Virus record (IMG/VR): IMGVR_UViG_3300045988_146982
Location: 1 to 64,000 of that record
Length of the DNA stretch: 64,000 nucleotides
Strand: one strand, 5' to 3'
From: a virus
Under the pieces are notes generated by a model, which made no database searches, was not told where the DNA came from, and worked only from the letters and a program-made list of their open reading frames with translations. A program made the translations under genes and the position numbers. Positions within the stretch are counted from its first letter, which is position 1; every line of letters begins with the position of its first letter. Shown piece after piece: positions 28,745 through 36,938 of this stretch.

Positions 28745-28951
28745 TTACCCATTAGCATTTCCCATATAAGTCTTACGAGAAACCTGCTTATTCCAACTCG
28801 TTCCATTCTTGTTGAAATTTCCCAAGTACCGCCCTGTAATCCGATTCACAAGATTATTAGGATTACTTGCATCACTTCCATAACGTCTTTCTGCGATTCT
28901 ATTCGCTTGTCGGGCTATTTCCCAACCTGATTTAGTTTTTCTTCTTTTGAC
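28745..28951 (-). other. 68-codon stop-to-stop ORF without a canonical start; first sense codon is GTC
   Basis: My translation: VKRRKTKSGWEIARQANRIAERRYGSDASNPNNLVNRITGRYLGNFNKNGTSWNKQVSRKTYMGNANG; no ATG/GTG/TTG in the first 34 codons. Confidence 0.3.
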
Positions 28952-28996
28952 TCAGCTTTTAATTTCAAAAAGTTAAACAATATAATTTCGCCATAT

Positions 28997-29245
28997 CTAT
29001 TTCTTTTTCCTACGATTAGCCAATTCCTTACCACTGATTCTATTCACTTTCTGACCACCATATACTGCGTGTAATTTATCCCGTTGCATCATCAGCAGAT
29101 TCCGATAAGGGATAATCTCAAACACTTCTGTATAACTCAGATGCAACGTGTCAATCAAATGGGCTATCTGCCCGAAGAACGTTGTGTTTCCTACTGTTTC
29201 GGTTTTGCTGCCAGCATCGACACGTTCCTCATCGAGCTGACACAC
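28997..29245 (-). CDS. tail assembly chaperone, -1 frame extension (T part of a G/GT pair)
   Basis: -1 frame relative to 29191..29577, overlapping it by 55 nt; A-AAA-C slip site at ~29202-29207. Confidence 0.6.
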   Translation of the reverse strand: MCQLDEERVDAGSKTETVGNTTFFGQIAHLIDTLHLSYTEVFEIIPYRNLLMMQRDKLHAVYGGQKVNRISGKELANRRKKK

Positions 29246-29577
29246 TGAAAAGCCGAAATATCCATCATAGAGAAACAGACTTCCAAGGCATCTTTGACTT
29301 CTTCAAAAGTGCCGTTCTCCAATTCTTTGACCAAACTATCATTCCCGCAGATGAAGCATGAAATACCTTTCAGCATATCTTCAGTAGCTTCAGTAAGCTC
29401 TTTAATAGCCTCCATGATATTATCTCCTCGCAGGGCGATATTGGAAAAATGATGAATGGCACGACAGATAACTTTAATTGTAGGCGGTTTGATGGTATAA
29501 ACGATTCCACCTATCTCTACATTTTTAAAATCCAGCCCTAACAAGGCGTCAGAAACCGTTTTTGCTGCTTGATTCAT
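29191..29577 (-). CDS. tail assembly chaperone (G-like)
   Basis: 128-aa ORF directly downstream of the major tail protein. Confidence 0.65.
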   Translation of the reverse strand: MNQAAKTVSDALLGLDFKNVEIGGIVYTIKPPTIKVICRAIHHFSNIALRGDNIMEAIKELTEATEDMLKGISCFICGNDSLVKELENGTFEEVKDALEVCFSMMDISAFQCVSSMRNVSMLAAKPKQ

Positions 29578-29584
29578 ATTCTTA

Positions 29585-29617
29585 AACTAAAAGAGGGAAT
29601 GGCGCATATCCATTCCC
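29585..29617 (-). terminator. 8-bp-stem hairpin after the tail-protein extension (attenuator/terminator)
   Basis: GGGAATGG-7 nt-CCATTCCC, then CTCTTTTAG on the minus strand. Confidence 0.5.
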
Positions 29618-29624
29618 CCGGTTA

Positions 29625-29837
29625 TCACTCTTGTACTTTTACCAATGTTATCTCTTTTTTAAGAGTGGTATCAACTTCAGAAGGAGTGGTTTTAATATCT
29701 CCTGACTGAGTGACGTACCCCACTTTCGACACTTCATAGTGAACGGTAGCTCCAGCATTCACCTGCTTTGACTTGACCGTTACACCGTCCAGCTTTACGG
29801 TCGCATCGGAAGGAGTAGGTACAATGGTTACTATAGT
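29625..29837 (-). CDS. in-frame post-TGA extension of the major tail protein encoding a PEGA/Ig-like domain
   Basis: 70 sense codons in frame after TGA 29838-29840: TIVTIVPTPSDATVKLDGVTVKSKQVNAGATVHYEVSKVGYVTQSGDIKTTPSEVDTTLKKEITLVKVQE; no Met codon and no start near its 5' end. Confidence 0.55.
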   Translation of the reverse strand, partial: TIVTIVPTPSDATVKLDGVTVKSKQVNAGATVHYEVSKVGYVTQSGDIKTTPSEVDTTLKKEITLVKVQE

Positions 29838-30392
29838 TCATGCCTGCAAAGCTTTAATCTGCCCCTCTTCGTAGTTATACTCAGAAGAAACACCTTCAAT
29901 TCCCGGTTCCTGCACCAAGCCTTTTACAGCGATTGCAATTGCCTTATCCGTATTGGCTTCACGGGAAACAATACGGCATTTTGGGAAGATGAACCAGACA
30001 TCATCATCGGTCAGACAGAACAATGCTTTGTTGATAATAACTTTATCCAAAGCACGCTTCCAACCCACATCTTTAGATGTTGCCTGAATAACATCGCCAC
30101 CCATGAACGCTTTCTTTGTCTTCCAGTCATATTGTCCGATAGAGAAAGTGGGTGATACTTCTCCCGGCACATCATCGAAACGGTAATTCTTTCCCGTTAA
30201 TTGGTTCTTGTACCCAGTGACGGAGGCTTCCGTTTCCTCAATCTGCCACGTTTCCCCGTGTACATTCAAAACCTCATCTTTCGCTTTGATAGCGGCTTGA
30301 ATCAAAGTCTTTGCGATTTCGGGGGTAATGTCTGCCGTTACCTTATCAATATCGGCAAACAAGATTCTTTTTATTCCTACTGCTGAAATCAT
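29838..30392 (-). CDS. major tail protein (by position and size)
   Basis: 184 aa, between the connector genes and the chaperone pair. Confidence 0.55.
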   Translation of the reverse strand: MISAVGIKRILFADIDKVTADITPEIAKTLIQAAIKAKDEVLNVHGETWQIEETEASVTGYKNQLTGKNYRFDDVPGEVSPTFSIGQYDWKTKKAFMGGDVIQATSKDVGWKRALDKVIINKALFCLTDDDVWFIFPKCRIVSREANTDKAIAIAVKGLVQEPGIEGVSSEYNYEEGQIKALQA

Positions 30393-30396
30393 AATC

Positions 30397-30792
30397 CTAT
30401 AATTTTACATTTATTACTTTAAATAAAATTCTCACATTCACGTAATGGCATTTCAAAGCTGTATCCGCTTCCGTGCCAATTGATTCGATAGAGTAACGAT
30501 AGGTTGTACCGTCATAGGTACTTACTACATCATCAAGCAGCTTGCCAGCCTTTCTTTCAAGTTCGTTAAGCCGGATTGTGTTCGCTTCATTCTCGCTTAA
30601 ATTGGGTACACATAGATTCACTTCTGCGAAAGATTTCTTCCAATACTTTCCCGGCTGTTGTTTCTTCGTGTGGATGACAATCCTTTCGGACTTCAATTCA
30701 CCCGTCAACGTTTCACCATCAGGCACTATATCTATTCCGAAAGCCTTGCAGTCCCGATAGAGAATGTTTCCTATGTCGGTAGTTACTATCAT
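30397..30792 (-). CDS. tail terminator / tail completion-like protein
   Basis: ORF 30397..30807; ATG 30792 makes an ATGA overlap with the upstream stop. Confidence 0.45.
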   Translation of the reverse strand: MIVTTDIGNILYRDCKAFGIDIVPDGETLTGELKSERIVIHTKKQQPGKYWKKSFAEVNLCVPNLSENEANTIRLNELERKAGKLLDDVVSTYDGTTYRYSIESIGTEADTALKCHYVNVRILFKVINVKL

Positions 30793-31379
30793 TCCACAAT
30801 CTCCCAATCTTCTGCAAATACATCACTGATAGACGGAACCCATGAATCAGCGCGTCCGGTATTCTCGTTGTAGATAAGACACTGGCTTGTATAGTCAATA
30901 AATCCCTTACCTTTCAGAATAAGGTCTTTTGCCGATTGGGGAAGCGATTGCATCTTAGGGATGATGTCGCTTTCGATATGAGCTGGCACTTGTTTGAATA
31001 CCATCAAACCTTTACCGTTCCAACCACTTCTACGAACAGCCCCACCTTGTTTTAACACTTCGATAGCATCACCGAAGCACATTACGGATGAATCGTCGGC
31101 TTTATCGTATGTTTTCTCAAAGATATCCGGCTTACAAGGATAAAACTCACCGTTTACTCCCTTGATGATGTAATCGCCATAGCTTGCAAGCATTTTGCCT
31201 TCAAGTGTTTCGATGTACACTCCAAGATAAGGCTCGTTGGTGTTGCCATGCTCATCTATACCGAAATCGGGATTGTGTTTCGGTACGGGAGTTCCACCCA
31301 TGAAATCACATACAGCATCGAAATTATCTACTTTAAGCTGGACAGCTTCTATTACTACAGGTTTCTTTCTGTACTTCAT
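30789..31379 (-). CDS. two-domain protein: N-terminal small beta domain plus C-terminal DUF2829 (Tad2-like)
   Basis: C-terminal half FGDAIEVLKQGGAVRRSGWNGKGLMVF...SWVPSISDVFAEDWEIVE matches my memory of the DUF2829 signature. Confidence 0.55.
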   Translation of the reverse strand: MKYRKKPVVIEAVQLKVDNFDAVCDFMGGTPVPKHNPDFGIDEHGNTNEPYLGVYIETLEGKMLASYGDYIIKGVNGEFYPCKPDIFEKTYDKADDSSVMCFGDAIEVLKQGGAVRRSGWNGKGLMVFKQVPAHIESDIIPKMQSLPQSAKDLILKGKGFIDYTSQCLIYNENTGRADSWVPSISDVFAEDWEIVE

Positions 31380-31381
31380 AA

Positions 31382-31774
31382 TTATAAGGATTGAATACGT
31401 TTAGATAATACCGCCTGATACCGAAGCATCAAATCATATTGTTCTCTCAGCAACTCACGTTGATTTGGGTCGGTGACAATAGTTTCAAACTTATCGGTCA
31501 TAATAAATTCGTTCAGTTTATTACAGTGTTCAACCAATTCTCCATGCTCAATAGCTAAACGGTCCTTAAATGTATCAGCTACTTTGTATGCCTTTTCAAA
31601 CACATCTTTAGGAAGCCATGATTCAACACCATCATCATATTTGGTATGATAACCTTCGATGGACTGTTCTTCCTTTGACAATCTTTCACCCACTGCAATA
31701 AGGCAGTTTTTGTCAGCTTCGCCCATTGTCATAGGTTCTGCTTCAATCTGTTTTGTTCCAATGTACTTTTTCAT
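31382..31774 (-). CDS. hypothetical phage protein
   Basis: 130 aa; N-terminal MKKYIGTKQIEAEPMT...SWLPKDVFEKAY resembles a widespread phage family of unknown function. Confidence 0.55.
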   Translation of the reverse strand: MKKYIGTKQIEAEPMTMGEADKNCLIAVGERLSKEEQSIEGYHTKYDDGVESWLPKDVFEKAYKVADTFKDRLAIEHGELVEHCNKLNEFIMTDKFETIVTDPNQRELLREQYDLMLRYQAVLSKRIQSL

Positions 31775-32070
31775 TTTTCAAATTCTTCTTTTAATCGTTT
31801 CTCCGCATATAAAGCAGCACTACTCAAAACATCATACCCTTTAGATTCTACGAATGATGCGTATTCCGCTTCGTTTTTCAATGTCAAACCGTCTTTATCG
31901 ACATCGTAATCATTGGACGTTCTCAAAGTGAGTGTGTGGTCTTGATAATCGCCATGTTCCTCCGCGTACTTCACGGCTTCATCGCCTACATCAATCATCT
32001 TCTTTTCGACCTCCCATTCTCCTTCATCGAAAAAGGAGTCGACATCTGAGAAATCGAAATCTACATCCAT
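31771..32070 (-). CDS. HK97-gp10-like head-tail protein
   Basis: YASFVESKGYDV motif; paralog of 23799..24194. Confidence 0.55.
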   Translation of the reverse strand: MDVDFDFSDVDSFFDEGEWEVEKKMIDVGDEAVKYAEEHGDYQDHTLTLRTSNDYDVDKDGLTLKNEAEYASFVESKGYDVLSSAALYAEKRLKEEFEK

Positions 32071-32384
32071 AATTCCGAGTAGTTAAAGTAGTTTGTACTC
32101 TTTACCGTGTAGACTTCGCCTTGACCTCTTACGCCATCACCATCCATGCAACGTACTTCATCGCCAGCCTTGACAGTAATTCTTTTCTCACATACTACAT
32201 GATAGTTAGGGCGATATACTGAGCCGTTTTCTGACTTAAACTCCTTGGTCGTGTTGTCATCACAACGGCACTTACATACCTCCTGCCAGTATTCACCACC
32301 GGTACCGGGAATAGGTCTGCCAAACTCATCCTTATCCATCGGGGTGATAACTTTTACCTGCAATATGTGTGGAGCGAATATCAT
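32061..32384 (-). CDS. head closure / head-tail joining protein
   Basis: 107 aa, position in the connector cluster, overlapping neighbours. Confidence 0.45.
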   Translation of the reverse strand: MIFAPHILQVKVITPMDKDEFGRPIPGTGGEYWQEVCKCRCDDNTTKEFKSENGSVYRPNYHVVCEKRITVKAGDEVRCMDGDGVRGQGEVYTVKSTNYFNYSELWM

Positions 32385-32707
32385 AAGAAAGTCACTTTAG
32401 GTTTGTTACCCAGTTCGTCTTTCAAACCGTACTGTTTACACAGCCATGAGTACAATTTCATTAGGCTATCAACATGATTAGACCAAGACACAGAAAATCC
32501 GCTTTCGCTGACCGAAGATGGATTTTGTATCATCCACGGAATTTGCTTGGCACAAGCGACCTCTAATCTTGCCCTATTTTCCTCGGCAAAAGGTTCTTCG
32601 CCATCCAATCCCGTTCTTGAAAGTATATTTTCAACTACAAGATTAGACGGGGTGTTCTTATCAAATACGCTTAATACAAACTCCTTGTTACTCATGGCTG
32701 CTATCAT
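32381..32707 (-). CDS. head-tail adaptor-like protein
   Basis: 108 aa, ATGA-coupled to the next gene. Confidence 0.45.
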   Translation of the reverse strand: MIAAMSNKEFVLSVFDKNTPSNLVVENILSRTGLDGEEPFAEENRARLEVACAKQIPWMIQNPSSVSESGFSVSWSNHVDSLMKLYSWLCKQYGLKDELGNKPKVTFL

Positions 32708-33073
32708 TCAATATGGTGTAATCAGTTTACTATATGCGGTATAGCTATAATGCGTACAATGTTTAGATTTATAGATGTATCTGAACGGACATTTGGGAAC
32801 ATTAATTCGTACCCCTTGAATAGCTATTCCCTCTTTTATCAAACACATCATAGCCGGGTTATTTGCAACCAAAAACACGGGATGCGTCATGGTCAGTACA
32901 ACACAATCAGCCGGAGCCGTTTCCAAAGTGATAAACTGAATATCTGGTAAATCAACATCAACGGATAGATTCATATATTCACACTTGGGAGATTCCACAC
33001 TTGCTGCCTGCACGCTCAACGAAACCAAAGACATCATTAAAAAGCCACACATGGCAAAAATAAAATTCTTCAT
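32708..33073 (-). CDS. secreted protein (moron inside the head module)
   Basis: Signal peptide MKNFIFAMCGFLMMSLVSLSVQAAS. Confidence 0.6.
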   Translation of the reverse strand: MKNFIFAMCGFLMMSLVSLSVQAASVESPKCEYMNLSVDVDLPDIQFITLETAPADCVVLTMTHPVFLVANNPAMMCLIKEGIAIQGVRINVPKCPFRYIYKSKHCTHYSYTAYSKLITPY

Positions 33074-33130
33074 TTCTTTTCTGATTTATAAAATTAGACA
33101 ATGGAAGGGTAGAAGCGCTACCCTATCCTT

Positions 33131-33481
33131 TTACTCGATACCTAATGCTTCTTTCAGTTTGGCTGTTGATTCTTCATCCAGTTCTGAAACCTTAGACAAA
33201 AGAGTTTCCTCTTTCATATTGCCGGAAGCCTGTACGCCGATGGACTTCAAAGCATCAACCAAAGTCTTTTTCTCGAACTCTTTCTCAAAGAGGGAGATTT
33301 TCACCTCCTTCTTTTCTTCAGGTGCTTTCACTTCGGGAAGTTTTGCTTCAACCCGTTCAGCGAGTTTACGACTCTCCATATCCAGCACACGGGCTTCCTC
33401 ACCGACTTCAATCACTTCACCGGGAGTATAATACTTTCCGGTGAACTTGTCGCGGAAAACTGATATAACCTTTACTTTCAT
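33131..33481 (-). CDS. hypothetical head-associated protein with HeH/SAP-like C-terminus
   Basis: ORF 33131..33517; ATG 33481 (MKVKVISVF) follows the G8 tract after the capsid stop. Confidence 0.55.
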   Translation of the reverse strand: MKVKVISVFRDKFTGKYYTPGEVIEVGEEARVLDMESRKLAERVEAKLPEVKAPEEKKEVKISLFEKEFEKKTLVDALKSIGVQASGNMKEETLLSKVSELDEESTAKLKEALGIE

Positions 33482-33494
33482 ATCCTCCCCCCCC

Positions 33495-34616
33495 TTATGC
33501 TGATTGGATGGATGCAATTTCGCTCAAATCGAAATTGGTTATCAAATCTGGATTGGAAATCTGCGGAATCCACTCTGCCGTATATTCCATGTAGCGACCG
33601 TTTTTGTCACGGTAGTTGGAGATAAGCATCTGCCCCTCTGACGGGATATAAGTACGTCCTTGTACCGGGTCTGTCGCTTCATACGGGGTATGATGGCGCA
33701 TATAACCAATGTTGTCAGAAGGCAACAGAGTAATACGGTTATCCGCGTAAATCTGCACGTTTTTTCCCGTCTGGTCTTTCACATAGTCCTCCTTGATTTC
33801 GATGCGAGGCAGACCGATGCCGGTGAACACTTCGGAAGCCAAAGAAGAGGAAACCAATCCCGTACTCAACTTCATTTCGTTGCTGCCGAGAATCATCTTG
33901 TACTGCTCACCAAATTCAGATGAACCAAGAATAAGCTTGTTGAAAGATGCACGGGTCATTATCATCTTGGCATAAATGCCATAGTCCGGTGCCAAGGAAT
34001 GAAGTTTCTCTCTCAAATAAGAGATAAACATATTCTTTCCGTCCACAACCACATCTCCACTTTTCGGCTTGATAAAATTGAACGGAAGGGTAATCTCCAG
34101 CAGTTTATTATTGGTCTGACCGGAAGTGATTGCAGCGTCTTTGTTGTAAACGGTGGCTTCACCAAGCATCAACAGCGCACCGACAATAATATCCATACGC
34201 TTGTGGGCAGCAAGGGTAATCTGACGGTAGTCGTCTGCCAAGAAGTTTACAATCTCTTCCATTGCAGCCTTTTGGTCGGCTGGCTTAGCTGCATTGAACT
34301 TGTCAATCAAATCCTGCAATTCGGAAAGACGGTCAATAGACATCTGATAAGCATCACCCAAATAGGCAATCTCACCATATCCTGAACCGATATTCCTGCG
34401 TTCACGAATGGGTTTCTCTCCAAAACGTGAATTGATAGAGCCGGCCATAACTCCGGTTACAGAACCGATATAATCCTTGAACACACGAGTAGTTACTCTG
34501 CGGAAAGTAAGATACTGTTGCCAATAGATTGTGTCCTTGCGTGTCTGGTTCACACGTCTGATGATAGCGGAAACGATGTTCGCATCATCGAATAATGTTT
34601 GAATCGTTAAAAACAT
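33495..34616 (-). CDS. major capsid protein (lambda gpE-like by size and order)
   Basis: 373 aa following the scaffold and decoration-like genes. Confidence 0.7.
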   Translation of the reverse strand: MFLTIQTLFDDANIVSAIIRRVNQTRKDTIYWQQYLTFRRVTTRVFKDYIGSVTGVMAGSINSRFGEKPIRERRNIGSGYGEIAYLGDAYQMSIDRLSELQDLIDKFNAAKPADQKAAMEEIVNFLADDYRQITLAAHKRMDIIVGALLMLGEATVYNKDAAITSGQTNNKLLEITLPFNFIKPKSGDVVVDGKNMFISYLREKLHSLAPDYGIYAKMIMTRASFNKLILGSSEFGEQYKMILGSNEMKLSTGLVSSSLASEVFTGIGLPRIEIKEDYVKDQTGKNVQIYADNRITLLPSDNIGYMRHHTPYEATDPVQGRTYIPSEGQMLISNYRDKNGRYMEYTAEWIPQISNPDLITNFDLSEIASIQSA

Positions 34617-34627
34617 ATCCTACCTCC

Positions 34628-35224
34628 TTACTCGTTAAACTCAAACCATCCCTTCATGTTGGCTTTATCGTTCTCAGAGAACGGCATAACCAATTTTGAA
34701 GGTTCAATCTCTGCGGCTGTACGAAGCAATGAAACCAATGTGATTCCGTCCTCAACCTTTGTACGGTTAAACAGAGCCGAATTAGCTACATGCTTTTGTT
34801 TTAAACCATCAACTGCAACCGCATTGAATAATACGGCATCTTTGGCGATATTCTCACCAAAAGCAGCCTTAATAGTCAATACATCATAACCGGCATTAGA
34901 CTTATCAATTGCCGTTACTTCTGCACCTTTCTTACCGCTTCCGACAAACATACCCACATAAGCCAAAGAGTTCTTGGCTACTTTGATAGACAAAGCCTCT
35001 CCACCAGTGGTATAGGCTTCCGCAACTCTCACATTGATTACCGCATAAGCGAACTTGTTTTTCAAGTCCGCATAAATCGGTGTAAATCCGGGAAGAAAAC
35101 TTCCCACTACTAGGTTCTGCGTATCAAGTTTGAACGGACCACGTCTACGAATACCGGTCTGGACATCGTAGCGTTCCTCTTGCTCAACGGGCGGAACCAA
35201 GTCATACTTAAATCCTGCTGACAT
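34628..35224 (-). CDS. head decoration-like protein
   Basis: 198 aa between scaffold and capsid genes. Confidence 0.45.
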   Translation of the reverse strand: MSAGFKYDLVPPVEQEERYDVQTGIRRRGPFKLDTQNLVVGSFLPGFTPIYADLKNKFAYAVINVRVAEAYTTGGEALSIKVAKNSLAYVGMFVGSGKKGAEVTAIDKSNAGYDVLTIKAAFGENIAKDAVLFNAVAVDGLKQKHVANSALFNRTKVEDGITLVSLLRTAAEIEPSKLVMPFSENDKANMKGWFEFNE

Positions 35225-35226
35225 AA

Positions 35227-35862
35227 TTAATTCTTGTTTTGTTCAACAATAGTTTTCGTTCCCTCATCAATCATCTTGGCGATAGATTCAGATTCTTTCT
35301 CAATCTTCGCTTCCGCTGATTCGGGAGGGGTTACGCCTTTGAAGCCGTCATTTGCGAACTCCTGCTTCAAGTCCTTGAAGTATGCGTCCAAGTCCTCATC
35401 GTCCTTAATGGCGCATCGTTTGGCGTAGTTTTCGGGAATACCATACTCCTTTGCCTTTGCCAAAATCTGCTGGCTACGTGTTGCTTGAGCCTTTTCCGTT
35501 TCTAACTGTGTTAGCTTATCAGAAAGGTTCTTGTTGGAGTCAATTAAAGCTTGCGCCCATGCAGGCACATCGTCTTTATCCTCTTCCGTTTTGGTGGTTG
35601 TGGTAGTCTCGATTGGCTTACCGTCTTTAAGGTTATGCTTCTTCTCGTAGTTGGAAATTGCGGTCTTGGAAGCATCCCCAGCACGGAAATCACCATAAGA
35701 ATTAAGCACGTCCGAAAAACCGATACCCTCAACAATGGAGTTTACCTTTGTCTCGTCCGTTACACCCTCTGCCTTCTTAGTGGCAATTCGGGTTAAGATA
35801 GCAGTGTCCACCCCAGTAAACTTCTGTTGCAGCCCTGCCAAGATTTGTTCTAAGATTGTCAT
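35227..35862 (-). CDS. scaffolding protein
   Basis: Acidic coiled-coil protein; the track start 35892 is TTG, ATG 35862 (MTILEQ) is more likely. Confidence 0.6.
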   Translation of the reverse strand: MTILEQILAGLQQKFTGVDTAILTRIATKKAEGVTDETKVNSIVEGIGFSDVLNSYGDFRAGDASKTAISNYEKKHNLKDGKPIETTTTTKTEEDKDDVPAWAQALIDSNKNLSDKLTQLETEKAQATRSQQILAKAKEYGIPENYAKRCAIKDDEDLDAYFKDLKQEFANDGFKGVTPPESAEAKIEKESESIAKMIDEGTKTIVEQNKN

Positions 35863-35950
35863 ACCGTATGAATTATTAAATTTGAAATTCAATTTACGGA
35901 AGTAAAAATACCACCAATGCAGATGATTAGTAAATATTTAAGCTTCCCAT

Positions 35951-35976
35951 TCACGACAATGAATTGATTGTCGTGA
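35951..35976. promoter_or_regulatory. perfect inverted repeat TCACGACAAT-N6-ATTGTCGTGA, copy b
   Basis: 10-bp arms, 6-bp spacer gaattg; between the scaffold gene and the HNH-like gene. Confidence 0.7.
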
Positions 35977-36102
35977 ATACGGTATAAAAGTAAGGAGGAA
36001 ACAATTAAAGGGGAAATAATTAGGTTGTATAGCATTCACTAAGAAAAGGTTGTGAAGAAATCAATTTAAAATTCTATTTTTGCTGTAAAATAAAGTAACA
36101 GT

Positions 36103-36876
36103 ATGGACTATATAAATAAAGGAACTTGTATTTTTTGTGGTAAAGATGTAACTCAAACGACATTTAAAGAGAAGCCACATACTATGCCAAAAAGTTTAGG
36201 TAGCATAAATATTGGTGTTGATATTTGCGATGAATGCAATCACTATTTCGGTCAACCTGACGACTTTGTGTTTCCTAAACTTTGTATAGAAGTTTGTGTT
36301 AAAGAAATATTTGGACTATCAAAAGCCTTGCTTAACAGAGAAGATAATTCAGAAAGATTAAAGTCAATATATTTCGAATATTGGAAGTCAAAAAGAAAAA
36401 TAGTTCTCAAATCACATTTTAAGTTTAATGATAGATTTCTAACAACATTTGCAAGACAATTCAAGAGAGGAATATATGAAATGTTCCTTCAAGAATATCA
36501 TAAAATAACAGGTAATGGATTAGACAATCGATTTAATCAAATTAGGAGATTTGCACGTTATAATATTGGAGATATTCCTTTGTATTATTTAGTCAATAAT
36601 GGAGTTTACTTAATAGAAGAAAAATTTTCATCTCCTAAGTTTTCCTTTTCCGATTCACAATTTAATGATATAGAAACTTATGGATTTTATACATTAATAT
36701 TGTATGGACAATGGTTCTTTTTAGAAGTTACCCCAAGAGCTGAACTATCTCGTGAAATTTATTTAAAAATGCAATGTGAAAAAATGAATGTTGGCGGATT
36801 TGTATATAGAGATTTAATTGAAATAAAAAGAATTACGGATATAGATTTTAGCTTAAGAAGCTTGTTTGGAAGGTAA
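36103..36876 (+). CDS. HNH-endonuclease-like protein (HNH_5-type N-terminus)
   Basis: CIFCGK...KPHTMPKSLGS...CDECNHYFG resembles the C..C...EH.iP.slGg...C..CN motif; AT-rich, opposite strand. Confidence 0.5.
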   Translation: MDYINKGTCIFCGKDVTQTTFKEKPHTMPKSLGSINIGVDICDECNHYFGQPDDFVFPKLCIEVCVKEIFGLSKALLNREDNSERLKSIYFEYWKSKRKIVLKSHFKFNDRFLTTFARQFKRGIYEMFLQEYHKITGNGLDNRFNQIRRFARYNIGDIPLYYLVNNGVYLIEEKFSSPKFSFSDSQFNDIETYGFYTLILYGQWFFLEVTPRAELSREIYLKMQCEKMNVGGFVYRDLIEIKRITDIDFSLRSLFGR

Positions 36877-36938
36877 GTTATTTTAAGCGTGAAACCGAAT
36901 GAATCACGCCTAAAATATATCACGACAAAAACTTATAC

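Noticed and set aside
29625-29840. Genome-wide TGA reassignment as the explanation for the in-frame TGA
   Set aside because: TGA functions as a genuine stop at several tightly coupled ATGA junctions (for example 6303, 14233, 30789 and 43805), and ORF lengths are normal under the standard code.
32985-33431. 148-aa plus-strand ORF, Ser-rich
   Set aside because: It is antisense to two packed minus-strand head genes and has a low-complexity translation.
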